Shown here piece by piece: positions 1-8,795 of a DNA stretch of 49,694 nucleotides. The DNA lies in NCBI GenBank assembly GCA_016783715.1, contig JADHWA010000002.1, forward strand, positions 1 to 49,694. Direction: 5' to 3'. The notes beneath the pieces are model-generated. The model had not been told where the DNA came from. It ran no database searches and saw only the letters and a program-made list of their open reading frames with translations. Every line of letters starts with the position of its first letter. Position 1 is the stretch's first letter. The translations under genes were made by a program, and so were the position numbers. Origin of the DNA: Candidatus Omnitrophota bacterium (GTDB lineage: Bacteria; Omnitrophota; Gorgyraeia; Gygaellales; Profunditerraquicolaceae).

Positions 1-218
1 CTTAGAAACTGACCATGATGTGAGAATCTGGCCATGAATGAATCGATGTCGCAATAATTGGTGAGGTTGCAGCGGCCTTTGCCGCTAAGTAGAAGTTTAC
101 GTCCGGGCGAGATATTCTTATCTATGAGCGTTACGTCCTGTTTTAACTGCGCAGCCCTGATTGCAGACATCATACCGGCAGGACCTGCTCCGACCACAAC
201 TATTTTTTTTACTTTCAC
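1..218 (-). CDS. NAD(P)/FAD-dependent oxidoreductase, HI0933/BaiN-like flavoprotein (N-terminal part; gene runs off window start)
   Basis: Own minus-strand translation from GTG at 218 gives VKVKKIVVVGAGPAGMMSAIRAAQLKQDVTLIDKNISPGRKLLLSGKGRCNLTNY. It has a GxGxxG dinucleotide fold and an SGKGRCN motif. There is no stop before position 1, so it is absent from the ORF track. Confidence 0.6.
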   Translation of the reverse strand, partial: MKVKKIVVVGAGPAGMMSAIRAAQLKQDVTLIDKNISPGRKLLLSGKGRCNLTNYCDIDSFMARFSHHGQFL

Positions 219-298
219 AGATTTTTTTGATGCCTCTGAAAAACCATTATTCTAAATCAGAGAGCTCTGTTTTGTTTAGATCTTTTGAGAGCTCTCTT

Positions 299-859
299 TT
301 AAAGATTAAAGTCTTTTATGGTGAATATCGACTCAAGCCTTATTCCTGCCCTGGCCAGATTCTCTACGGCACCCTCCTGCCGGTCTACGATCACCAATGC
401 ATACTCAACCCTAAGGCCTTCACTATCCAGGGCATCCTTTGCCTCGATTAACGCCTTACCGGTAGTAGCCACATCATCAACCAGAATCACCCTCTCTCCT
501 TTTTTCAGGGGCGGGCCTTCGATCTGACGCTTTGCTCCGTGATCTTTAACATTTTTGCGCACGATAAAAGTCTTAATCCCTGCCTTCTCTATGTGGCTTA
601 AGGCAGCTACTGCTCCGACTATCGGATCCGCCCCTAAAGTGGGGCCTCCCACGGCAGCCAGATCACGCCCCTTGATCATCTCCAGGATTATCATAGCCAC
701 CAGATATGCCCCTTCAGGAGTCAAGGTTATTATCCGGCCATCAAGGTAATAAGTGCTTTTCTTACCGGAGGATAGGGTAAAATCGCCCTTCTTTAAGGCA
801 TCCTTCTCCAGGAGGAGATAAAGCTTATTCTTTAAATCTACAAGTTTTTTATCATTCAT
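299..859 (-). CDS. pyrE: orotate phosphoribosyltransferase
   Basis: 186 aa. PRTase PRPP loop VILVDDVATTGKA. N-terminal FTLSSGKKSTYYLD is typical of PyrE. Confidence 0.9.
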   Translation of the reverse strand: MNDKKLVDLKNKLYLLLEKDALKKGDFTLSSGKKSTYYLDGRIITLTPEGAYLVAMIILEMIKGRDLAAVGGPTLGADPIVGAVAALSHIEKAGIKTFIVRKNVKDHGAKRQIEGPPLKKGERVILVDDVATTGKALIEAKDALDSEGLRVEYALVIVDRQEGAVENLARAGIRLESIFTIKDFNL

Positions 860-868
860 GGTTATTTT

Positions 869-897
869 ATTGTACTATCTTAAAACACCCTTGTCAA
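869..897 (-). promoter_or_regulatory. sigma70-type promoter of pyrE (near-leaderless)
   Basis: Minus strand reads TTGACA (897-892), 17 nt, TACAAT (874-869), 9 nt, ATG (859). No SD lies in between. Confidence 0.5.
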
Positions 898-916
898 TTG
901 CATAAAAGCCATTCTA

Positions 917-955
917 CGATCAGGTATCGGGATGGACTGTTCCGATACCGGATCG
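917..955. repeat. CCGGTATCGG-type palindromic hairpin between divergent promoters
   Basis: CGATC-A-GGTATCGG (917-930), 11-nt loop, CCGATACC-G-GATCG (942-955). The core is shared with the hairpin at 8796-8834. Confidence 0.6.
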
Positions 956-975
956 GAAATGGGCTGTAGTCTAAA

Positions 976-1004
976 TTGACAAAGGGTCTTTAAACTGGTA
1001 TGAT
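976..1004 (+). promoter_or_regulatory. sigma70-type promoter of comF (leaderless configuration)
   Basis: TTGACA (976-981), 17 nt, TATGAT (999-1004), 7 nt, ATG (1012). No SD. Confidence 0.55.
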
Positions 1005-1011
1005 ATTCCCC

Positions 1012-1737
1012 ATGTCGAGTAGATTTCTGCACACTCTTTTGGAGATTATTTATCCTAAAAAGTGCCATGGCTGTAAGAGCAGGATCCGGACACCTTCGAC
1101 GCAAGATCTGGTCTGCGGAGATTGCTGGAGTAAGATCAAAATCAATCCGCCCCCTTTCTGTTCTCACTGCGGCAGGCACCTGGATACCAAGCGCAACAAG
1201 AAGAATATCTGCCCGGAGTGCGTAAAATTCCAGCTGCACTTCGACCGGGCCTTCAGCCCTTGCCAGTACGATGGAGTGCTTAGAGACCTGATCCATGAGT
1301 TCAAATATAAAGGCAAGGATTACTTATCCGGACCTCTTAGCCGGCTAATGACTGACTTTATCGAAGCTTATGACTTCCCGATCGGTGATATTGACCAGAT
1401 TATTCCGATACCACTGTATAAAAGCAGGCTGCGGGAGAGAGAGTTTAATCAGGCCGAGGCCCTGGGAAGCCTGATTGCGAAAAAATTTGACAGGGAGCTA
1501 AACTCAGTTAGTCTGGTGCGCAGCTCCTGGAAGAGGACACAGACCGACCTAAAAAAAGATGAGCGCCGGAGTAATGTTTTAGGTAATTTCTCGATTAAAA
1601 ACAGCTCCGGATTAAGGAATAAGAATATCCTCTTAATCGACGATGTCTTGACAACTGGCGCCACCTGTTCGGAAGCTGCCTCGGTCTTAAAGAAGGCCGG
1701 AGCCGGCATAGTCTTTGTCTTAACCCTGGCTAATTAA
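1012..1737 (+). CDS. comF: ComF family protein (double zinc-ribbon plus phosphoribosyltransferase domain)
   Basis: CxxC pairs CHGC, CGDC, CSHC and CPEC in the N-terminus. C-terminal PRTase loop ILLIDDVLTTGAT. Start moved from 1000 to ATG 1012 because 1000 lies inside the -10 hexamer. Confidence 0.8.
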   Translation: MSSRFLHTLLEIIYPKKCHGCKSRIRTPSTQDLVCGDCWSKIKINPPPFCSHCGRHLDTKRNKKNICPECVKFQLHFDRAFSPCQYDGVLRDLIHEFKYKGKDYLSGPLSRLMTDFIEAYDFPIGDIDQIIPIPLYKSRLREREFNQAEALGSLIAKKFDRELNSVSLVRSSWKRTQTDLKKDERRSNVLGNFSIKNSSGLRNKNILLIDDVLTTGATCSEAASVLKKAGAGIVFVLTLAN

Positions 1738-1738
1738 A

Positions 1739-2839
1739 ATGAAAACTCTAAGAAATTATTTTCTAAAGGAATTTATCAGTCCGCTTTTTATTGCATTGGG
1801 GGTACTTACCTTTGTAATGCTGCTGGGTAACCTGATCAAATTGACCAACCTTGTAATCAACAAGGGGGTCGATATCACCACGGTTGCTCAACTCTTCCTC
1901 TATATGATGCCCTCTTTATTAAAATATACGCTTCCTATTGCAGTGCTCACCGCAACACTCCTGGCACTGGGCCGCCTCTCAGGAGACAATGAAATAATCG
2001 CCATCAGGGCCAGCGGGATAAATCTATTCAGACTGATCTCGCCGCTTTTGATCGTAGGCCTGATCTTAAGCCTGTTACTGGTGATCTTTAACGACCGGGT
2101 AATACCCTACGCACACTATTCTCTCAGGAAGACCTTGGTCGATGTAGGAATCAAAAACCCTACGGCTGCGCTTGAGCCGGGCGTCTTTATTAATTCATTT
2201 CAGAAATATATCCTTTTCGTCTATGATATTGACCAGAAAAAAAATAAACTCTACAATGTCAGGATATATGAGCCGCAAGAGGACAGGCCTACCCGTACGA
2301 TAGTGGCCAAACACGGGGAATTTATCGCGCTCCCCGAGAAAAATACGGTAAAGCTCAAGTTGATGGACGGAACCTCTGACGAGCCTGACCCCAACAACCC
2401 CACAAGTTTCTATAAATTGAACTTCAAAACTTACTTTATGACACTGAACTTAAACCAAATGCGGGACAGCTCCCAAATTCAAAAGAAACCCAAAGATATG
2501 ACCATAGATGAACTCACCCGTGAAATTAAAAAATTAAAAAGCGAAGGGGTTGACCCCATCCCCTTGATCACCGAGATAAACGAAAAGATCGCCCTGGCCT
2601 TTTCCTGCCTGGTCTTTGTCCTTCTGGGCTCCTCGCTTGCCATAATTACCCGGCGTAGAGAGAAATCCCTGAATTTCGGGCTGGCCTTTCTGGTGGCCGG
2701 GATATATTATATGCTCTTAATCTCAGCCGAAGCCGTAAGCCTTCAAGGGTATCTTAATCCTGCTATCGCCATGTGGCTGCCCAATATAATTATGGGTGGT
2801 ATCGGTGCATTTTTAACCTATCGACTATGCGCATCTTAG
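1739..2839 (+). CDS. lptF: LptF/LptG family LPS export permease
   Basis: 366 aa with six-TM YjgP/YjgQ architecture and a periplasmic beta-jellyroll insert. The GDNEIIAIRASGI motif is present. It is paired with a second paralog downstream. Confidence 0.75.
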   Translation: MKTLRNYFLKEFISPLFIALGVLTFVMLLGNLIKLTNLVINKGVDITTVAQLFLYMMPSLLKYTLPIAVLTATLLALGRLSGDNEIIAIRASGINLFRLISPLLIVGLILSLLLVIFNDRVIPYAHYSLRKTLVDVGIKNPTAALEPGVFINSFQKYILFVYDIDQKKNKLYNVRIYEPQEDRPTRTIVAKHGEFIALPEKNTVKLKLMDGTSDEPDPNNPTSFYKLNFKTYFMTLNLNQMRDSSQIQKKPKDMTIDELTREIKKLKSEGVDPIPLITEINEKIALAFSCLVFVLLGSSLAIITRRREKSLNFGLAFLVAGIYYMLLISAEAVSLQGYLNPAIAMWLPNIIMGGIGAFLTYRLCAS

Positions 2840-3927
2840 AGCGTTATATACTAAAATCAGTAGTCTCAGTATTTCTGTTGTGCCTTACGGTCTTTATCTG
2901 CCTCTATGTGATCATTGACCTCTTCAGTAACATCGGGGATATCCTTACGCAGAATTCAAGTTTTCAGATCATCCTCAGATACTACCTATCGTATTTGCCG
3001 ATCATCTTTACACAGGTCTCTCCGATCTGCTGCCTCCTGGCAACCCTCTATGCCTTCGGAGGGCTCAACCGCGATAATGAAATCATCGCTATGCGTTCTG
3101 CCGGCCTAAGCGTCATCCAGATAGCTAAAGCCGTGATTATCTTCGGTGCCATCGTCAGCACTCTTGTGTTCCTGGTCACCGACAGATTTGTTCCGCAGTC
3201 ACTGGCGCTAAACCTAAGGATTAAGGAACAAATAGAGAGCGGAAAACAATCCTCTATGGACAAGCGAAATGCCCCCATAAACAACCTCTGCATGTATGGG
3301 ATGAGAAACCGGCTATTTTTTATCAGTAAGTTTTCCCCCGCCACAGGGATCATGGAGGGAATAACCATTCTTGAACATGACAATCATCAGAATCTTACCA
3401 AAAAGATTGTGGCTAATAGGGGTGAGCATCTCGACGGACTCTGGTATTTTCAACAGGTAATAACTTATAACTTTGGCCTGGATGGCCAGACCAAGGGTGA
3501 GCCGCGCTATCTGGAAGAAGAGATTATGGCCATACCGGAGTCCCCCAAGCAATTCCTCGCCCACAGACAGAGGCCCGATCATATGACTATAGTCCAGCTG
3601 GATGAATACATCTGGAAGTTATCGAAAAGCGGTGCCACATCGGTAGTTAAAAACCTTAAAGTCGACCTCTGGCAGAGATTTACCGCGCCTCTTACAAGCT
3701 TTATTATTATCTTTCTGGGTATCCCCTTTGCCCTGAGGATGAGAAAACGGGCAACCGGACTTTCTTCGCTGGGGTTATCGATTATGGTGGGATTTCTGTA
3801 TTATGTGTTAAATTCGGTGAGCGTCGCTTTCGGTTACGCAGGTTACCTGCCGCCTTTATTGGCCACAAGCCTAAGCCATATCATAGCCTTCAGTGTCAGC
3901 CTCTACCTGATCTACTCACTCCCCTAA
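2827..3927 (+). CDS. lptG: LptF/LptG family LPS export permease
   Basis: MRILERYILKSV start at 2827 overlaps the lptF stop. RDNEIIAMRSAGLS motif. Same fold as the upstream paralog. Confidence 0.75.
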   Translation: MRILERYILKSVVSVFLLCLTVFICLYVIIDLFSNIGDILTQNSSFQIILRYYLSYLPIIFTQVSPICCLLATLYAFGGLNRDNEIIAMRSAGLSVIQIAKAVIIFGAIVSTLVFLVTDRFVPQSLALNLRIKEQIESGKQSSMDKRNAPINNLCMYGMRNRLFFISKFSPATGIMEGITILEHDNHQNLTKKIVANRGEHLDGLWYFQQVITYNFGLDGQTKGEPRYLEEEIMAIPESPKQFLAHRQRPDHMTIVQLDEYIWKLSKSGATSVVKNLKVDLWQRFTAPLTSFIIIFLGIPFALRMRKRATGLSSLGLSIMVGFLYYVLNSVSVAFGYAGYLPPLLATSLSHIIAFSVSLYLIYSLP

Positions 3928-5048
3928 GTATATATGCGCGGAACGCGGCTGCCTAAACCGCAGACGATCTCATAGGGAATTGTCTCTGCCAACTCTGCTA
4001 ACTCTTCGGCAGTAATCTTGCTTTTGCCCTGGCTGCCGATCAAAACTACTTCATCCCCTATCTTAACTTTTGCATCTCCAACGTCGACCATGATCTGATC
4101 CATGCAGACCCTTCCGCTGACTTTAAAACGCCTGCCACCTATCAGCACGCTGGCGATATTGGAGAGGTTGCGTGGATAGCCGTCTCCGTAACCTATGGGG
4201 AGAGTGGCTATCAATGTATCTCTCTTGGTAATATAGCTGTGGCCGTAGCTGATACCCTGGCCCTTTGGAACCCCCTTACAATATACAACTTTACTCTTTA
4301 AGCTCAATACCGGCTTTAATTTCAACTTTAACCCAGCCTTCGGATAAAGGCCATAAATCACCAGCCCCGGCCTGACCATATTAAAATGGCCGCGCTTGTA
4401 GTCGATTATCCCCATGCTGTTAGCACAATGAAGAAAGGGAGCTTTAATCCCTGAGGAGCTTAATTTTGAAATCAGGCGATTAAAAAGACTGATCTGATGC
4501 AGAGTAAATTTCCGGTCCATATCGGCAAAAGCAAAATGCGTAAAGATACCTTCAATAGAGATAAACTTCATCTTAGAGATCCTCTCTATCAGAGATTCGG
4601 CATCCAAAGGCATAACTCCGATCCTCCCCATCCCGGTATCGACTTTGACGTGAATATTGATCGGCCTCTTGTCTCTTGTGGCCTGTCTATTTAGAGAGCT
4701 GGCCAGCTCTTCGCTACAGACCGTCGGAACAAGACCATATTTAAAGAGCGGCTTGATATCTTCTTTAAGGATCATCCCTAAAACCAGAATCGGCAGATTA
4801 ATCCCGGCCTTCCTTAAAAGTATCCCTTCATCAATGGATGCAACGCCGAAATAGTCGGCACCGCAGAGGGCCAGTTTCGACGCCACCGGGATAAGGCCGT
4901 GTCCATATGCATCGGCCTTTACCGTCACCATTATCTTGGTCCGGGGAGCCAGCAATCTCTTAACCTGCTTGAAATTATAAAGTAGGTTCTCTAGATTCAC
5001 CTCTGCCCAAGTCGGCCTGTATCCTATGTATTTATGCTTTCCCATCAT
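3924..5048 (-). CDS. alr: alanine racemase
   Basis: 374 aa. PLP-lysine motif VKADAYGHG. C-terminal beta domain with the VCMDQIMVD motif. Confidence 0.9.
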   Translation of the reverse strand: MMGKHKYIGYRPTWAEVNLENLLYNFKQVKRLLAPRTKIMVTVKADAYGHGLIPVASKLALCGADYFGVASIDEGILLRKAGINLPILVLGMILKEDIKPLFKYGLVPTVCSEELASSLNRQATRDKRPINIHVKVDTGMGRIGVMPLDAESLIERISKMKFISIEGIFTHFAFADMDRKFTLHQISLFNRLISKLSSSGIKAPFLHCANSMGIIDYKRGHFNMVRPGLVIYGLYPKAGLKLKLKPVLSLKSKVVYCKGVPKGQGISYGHSYITKRDTLIATLPIGYGDGYPRNLSNIASVLIGGRRFKVSGRVCMDQIMVDVGDAKVKIGDEVVLIGSQGKSKITAEELAELAETIPYEIVCGLGSRVPRIYT

Positions 5049-5445
5049 GTCATTGCGAGGGCTTCAGCCCGAAGCAATCTCATCATATAAATCTCTAAAT
5101 TCCGGATTTATAATCTTTATCAATTTAATCTTCTTTTCCCTAGAACCACCTTTAATCTGCTTCTCGCGAGTAATTGCACTTTCAATATTGTCAGATACTT
5201 CGTAATATACTAATTTATTCACATTATATTTTTTACTAAATCCGTCTATCAATTTATGCTTGTGTTCGTATATCCTCTTTTGTAAATCACTGGTAACTCC
5301 CGTATAGATAACACTATTTCTCTTGTTCATCATTATGTACACATAACCTTGCTTATATTCTGTCATATTGTTTTTAGATTGCTTCCTGCTTCGGCTTTGC
5401 CTCGCAGTCGCAATGACGAAAGGGGTGGCGCTTCGCAATGACGAG
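5049..5445. mobile_element. GIY-YIG nuclease cassette bracketed by imperfect inverted repeats
   Basis: Left arm is GTCATTGCGAGGGCTTCAGCCCGAAGCAATC (5049-5079). Right arm is GATTGCTTCCTGCTTCGGCTTTGCCTCGCAGTCGCAATGAC (5377-5417). A second TCGCAATGACGA copy lies at 5432-5443. Confidence 0.5.
5064..5366 (-). CDS. GIY-YIG nuclease family protein
   Basis: MTEYKQGYVYIMMNKRNSVIYTGVTSDLQKRIYEHK is the GIY...YTG motif block. Start set at ATG 5366 because the longer ORF reads through the repeat arm. Confidence 0.8.
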   Translation of the reverse strand: MTEYKQGYVYIMMNKRNSVIYTGVTSDLQKRIYEHKHKLIDGFSKKYNVNKLVYYEVSDNIESAITREKQIKGGSREKKIKLIKIINPEFRDLYDEIASG

Positions 5446-5454
5446 TATCTTCCT

Positions 5455-6129
5455 TCACCTTATTTGACATTCTTTAGGATAAAGATATATCGGTTTAATC
5501 TTGGAGCTATCGCAAAACTTTCCCTCTTTAATCCTCTCCTGCGCCAGTCTCACCAATTGATTTGCCTTCGGATACCAATAATCCTTATCCAGGAGAGTCA
5601 TCCCCTTAGAATTCCGGTGTAATTCTTCTAAGCAGCACTCCAGACCGTCTCCCAATATAATACTCCCGGACCTGACTTCTTTGAAAAACTTCTTTTTTGT
5701 CGCCAGCCTGTAAGGAATCATCCTGCGCAGACGGCTGTTTACTTTTGCGTATATACTGTAATATAGGAGTCCTCTTCTGGCGTCAAGCACAGGGACTATT
5801 TCTTTACGGCTAAACTCTTTGGGTGCATTACGGGCTAAAATATCCAGAGTCGATATACCCACTACCGGCTGATTTTTGGCAAAGGCCATCCCCTTAATCG
5901 TAGAGACCCCGATACGCACTCCGGTGAATGAACCCGGTCCCAATCCGCAGGCAAAATAGTCTATCTCTTGAATTTTCCACCCCAACGCCCCAATCACTCT
6001 TTTAATCGTCGGAGCTAAAAGAGAGGAGTGCTTCCTGCCTAAATCAATATTATAGTCATAAAACTTCTCCTCCCCATACAGCCCCAAGGTAAGGAACTTG
6101 GTGGAGGTATCAAGTGCCAATATCTTCAT
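5455..6129 (-). CDS. tsaB: tRNA t6A37 threonylcarbamoyl transfer protein TsaB
   Basis: MKILALDTST start, GPGSFTGVRIG motif, and position after tsaE. Confidence 0.85.
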   Translation of the reverse strand: MKILALDTSTKFLTLGLYGEEKFYDYNIDLGRKHSSLLAPTIKRVIGALGWKIQEIDYFACGLGPGSFTGVRIGVSTIKGMAFAKNQPVVGISTLDILARNAPKEFSRKEIVPVLDARRGLLYYSIYAKVNSRLRRMIPYRLATKKKFFKEVRSGSIILGDGLECCLEELHRNSKGMTLLDKDYWYPKANQLVRLAQERIKEGKFCDSSKIKPIYLYPKECQIR

Positions 6130-6580
6130 CTATCATCTCTTGCAATTTCCGGTGGCGACGGCCGTTTGCGCTTACCCTGAGCTCTCTCTTTATTACTCCC
6201 TTAACACGCAAATCTATCCTGAGGTAGCCCTCCGGGAGTAGCTTACCCAGCCGATCTGCCCACTCAACCACCGATACGCCGTCACCGTAAAAATACTCTT
6301 CATACCCTAAGAGAATTACCTCTCTGGTTTTATTCAGCCGGTAAAGGTCAAAGTGATAGAGCGGCAGTTCTCCCCCCTTGTACTCTCGGATCAGGACATA
6401 AGAAGGACTAATCACATCCTTCTTATGCAACCCCAACCCAAGCGCGATCCCCTTGGTTAAAACGGTCTTACCGCTGCCCAGATTACCGAACAGACAGATA
6501 ATATCCCCTGCCTGCAAGTTTCCGGCGATACTCCTGCCGATACTAAGAGTCTGATTGACCGAACCTGAAATTATCCTCAT
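6110..6580 (-). CDS. tsaE: tRNA t6A37 ATPase TsaE
   Basis: P-loop GNLGSGKT and the HFDLYRL motif. Confidence 0.85.
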   Translation of the reverse strand: MRIISGSVNQTLSIGRSIAGNLQAGDIICLFGNLGSGKTVLTKGIALGLGLHKKDVISPSYVLIREYKGGELPLYHFDLYRLNKTREVILLGYEEYFYGDGVSVVEWADRLGKLLPEGYLRIDLRVKGVIKRELRVSANGRRHRKLQEMIDEDIGT

Positions 6581-6589
6581 ACTCTAATC

Positions 6590-7492
6590 CTATCGAAAAT
6601 GATCGAAGCCCCCCAGAGGAGAAATTCTTTTTTCAGATAACTTTTTACCTATCAACCGCAGGCCATGCTTCCGGCCTACTATCTCCCCTATAGCCCGGAT
6701 CTTCCCGGGGAATCTTTTTAAAATCCGCCCTGCCTGGCTCCTTGAAGCTGTGAAGAGAAGTTCAAAATCCTCTCCGCTAAAGAGGGCATCACTAATCCCG
6801 CCGGCCTCTCTACTTAAAGGGATCCTCTCCTCATAGATCTTTGCACCGACCTTACTCCTCTTTAGGATTTGGCTTAGATCAGCCATCAGCCCGTCAGAGA
6901 TATCGATCATCGCATTAATCTTGAAGCTCTCAACCAGGCTCCTTGCCTCCTTTACCCGCGGAGTAAACTTCAGGTGTTTCCCCTTAATACTACCCCCCAG
7001 TGAGCCGGTAACCAATATTATATCACCGATACCAGCGCCATTGCGTAAAACCAGATTTTTTTTCTCGACAACGCCCAGCATCGCCACATCAATCACTAGC
7101 TTGTTTGCCCGGCTAAAGTCACCGCCGACTAAATTTATCTTGAATCTTTTGGTAATCTCAAGCATTCCCTCCAAAAGCCTATCTAACACCCGCACCGCAG
7201 TCCGGGGAGGAGCCCCGACGGCAACTACGCAATGCTTAGGGATCCCGCCGCAAGAAGCGATATCACTGGCCTGCACCGCGATTGCCTTCCTGCCCACCAG
7301 GTATGGATTATCGCCTCTTGTGAAATCAACCCCCTCAACCAGCATATCGCAGGTAAATAACTGATAGTTCTTGCGGTCAAATCTTAATACCGCGCAATCA
7401 TCGCCTGAGCCTACCAGCACGCTGGAATCTGTCCTGATCCTCCGGCGCAGCCTCTCTATTAATCCTCTCTCCCCCAGTTGACTTATCAGCAT
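6590..7492 (-). CDS. thiL: thiamine-monophosphate kinase
   Basis: AIR-synthase-like fold. GERGLIERL, GDDCAVL and DMLVEGVDF motifs. Confidence 0.85.
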   Translation of the reverse strand: MLISQLGERGLIERLRRRIRTDSSVLVGSGDDCAVLRFDRKNYQLFTCDMLVEGVDFTRGDNPYLVGRKAIAVQASDIASCGGIPKHCVVAVGAPPRTAVRVLDRLLEGMLEITKRFKINLVGGDFSRANKLVIDVAMLGVVEKKNLVLRNGAGIGDIILVTGSLGGSIKGKHLKFTPRVKEARSLVESFKINAMIDISDGLMADLSQILKRSKVGAKIYEERIPLSREAGGISDALFSGEDFELLFTASRSQAGRILKRFPGKIRAIGEIVGRKHGLRLIGKKLSEKRISPLGGFDHFR

Positions 7493-7541
7493 AACTTATT
7501 ATTTAAGATTCTGTTACCGAACTATTTTTAACGCGAATTTT

Positions 7542-7597
7542 CGCTAATTTTATATGAATTTCCGCTAATTTGTGCTTAATATTAGCGGCAATTAGCG
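7542..7597. promoter_or_regulatory. four CGCTAAT(T) boxes, two direct plus two inverted, upstream of thiL
   Basis: CGCTAATT at 7542-7549 and 7563-7570. ATTAGCG at 7581-7587 and 7591-7597. Confidence 0.3.
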
Positions 7598-7711
7598 TCA
7601 TTAGAATTGTTTTATCAACTGATTAGCATATCAACCTTCGATTATCCTCTTTATGAGGGCCGCTTGAAAAAACTCCCGAAAATTTATCAGCGACCTCCAA
7701 GAGATTGCTTG

Positions 7712-8764
7712 CTATTTTTTAGGCTTTTTAAGCAATCTCTTTATATTGCTTGCAAAAGGCGGCCTGATCACTCCTCTATCGGTTATAATAGCGCTGATCA
7801 ATTTATGCGGCGTTACATCAAATGCAGGGTTAAAAACCTTTACTCCTTTTGCGGCTATCGGTTTTTTAAAGAAAAGGGTAGTCACCTCATACCCTCTGCG
7901 CTGTTCGATCGGGATACCCTGGCCGTCTCTTATATCTAAATCAAATGTGGAGACTGGAGCTGCGATATAAAAAGGTATCCTGTGATACCGGGCAAGTACA
8001 GCCAAGCTATATGTCCCGATCTTATTGGCGGTATCACCGTTTGCGGCGATCCTGTCAGCCCCGGCGATGATCTTATCCACTCTGCGCTCTTTCATAAGTG
8101 TTGCGGCCATATTATCGCAGAGTAGCGTCACCGGCACCCTGTTCTTCTTTAACTCCCAGGTGGTAAGCCTGGCACCCTGAAGCAGGGGCCGGGTCTCACA
8201 GGCAAAAACCTCTATATTTTTCTTTAGTTGGGCAGCCCGATAAATCACACCCAGGGCAGTGCCATAATCAATCGTGGCCAGGATCCCGGCATTACAGACA
8301 GTCAATATAGAATCATTCTTTTTAATCAATGCTGCACCGTAGCTGCCGATCCTTCGGCAAGTGGCCATATCTACTTTGACAATCCTCTCTGCTTCCTTAA
8401 AGATCAGATTCTTGATCTCTGAAACAGTCTTTGAGCTGTTGCTTAAGGCGATAGCGCAGGTTCGCTCTATCCCCCAGAAGAGATTTCTGGCCGTCGGCCG
8501 TGATGATCCGATATACCTGGCAGCCTTCTCTAATTCTCTGCTGAACTGCTTAAAACTTTTGGCCCGGGAATCCCGCACCGCCAGATACATCCCGAGTGCT
8601 GCCGCAGCACCTAAGGCCGGAGCCCCCCGCACCTTCAGGAGTTTTATCGCCTGCTGTAATTGCTTTATATTATTTATGTATAAATAAACTAAGCTGTTCG
8701 GGAGTTTGGTCTGATCGATGATCTTGATCTTATTTTTTTCCCAGGTGATCGTTTTTAGTCCCAT
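7712..8764 (-). CDS. mtnA: S-methyl-5-thioribose-1-phosphate isomerase
   Basis: eIF-2B alpha/beta/delta family. VRGAPALGAAAA, ETRPLLQGARLTTWEL and GADRIAANGDTANKIGTY motifs. Confidence 0.85.
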   Translation of the reverse strand: MGLKTITWEKNKIKIIDQTKLPNSLVYLYINNIKQLQQAIKLLKVRGAPALGAAAALGMYLAVRDSRAKSFKQFSRELEKAARYIGSSRPTARNLFWGIERTCAIALSNSSKTVSEIKNLIFKEAERIVKVDMATCRRIGSYGAALIKKNDSILTVCNAGILATIDYGTALGVIYRAAQLKKNIEVFACETRPLLQGARLTTWELKKNRVPVTLLCDNMAATLMKERRVDKIIAGADRIAANGDTANKIGTYSLAVLARYHRIPFYIAAPVSTFDLDIRDGQGIPIEQRRGYEVTTLFFKKPIAAKGVKVFNPAFDVTPHKLISAIITDRGVIRPPFASNIKRLLKKPKK

Positions 8765-8795
8765 TTCTTATGCTACTCCTCCTTCCCACCCTATC

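Noticed and set aside
5367-5438. N-terminal extension of the GIY-YIG ORF (MRSATPFVIATARQSRSRKQSKNN)
   Set aside because: It is a read-through of the right inverted-repeat arm. The GIY-YIG domain begins right after ATG 5366.
6921-7364. 147-aa plus-strand ORF antisense to thiL, and many similar 60-140-aa ORFs in the track (for example 880-1296, 33307-33630, 35683-36051)
   Set aside because: These are shadow ORFs fully inside well-supported genes on the opposite strand. Their composition is low-complexity and Ser/Pro/Arg-rich, and they have no motifs and no SD.
7493-7711. TPP riboswitch upstream of thiL
   Set aside because: On the sense strand there is no CUGAGA / ACCUGAUCUGGAUAAUGCCAGCG-type conserved core. 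The region is dominated by CGCTAAT boxes instead.
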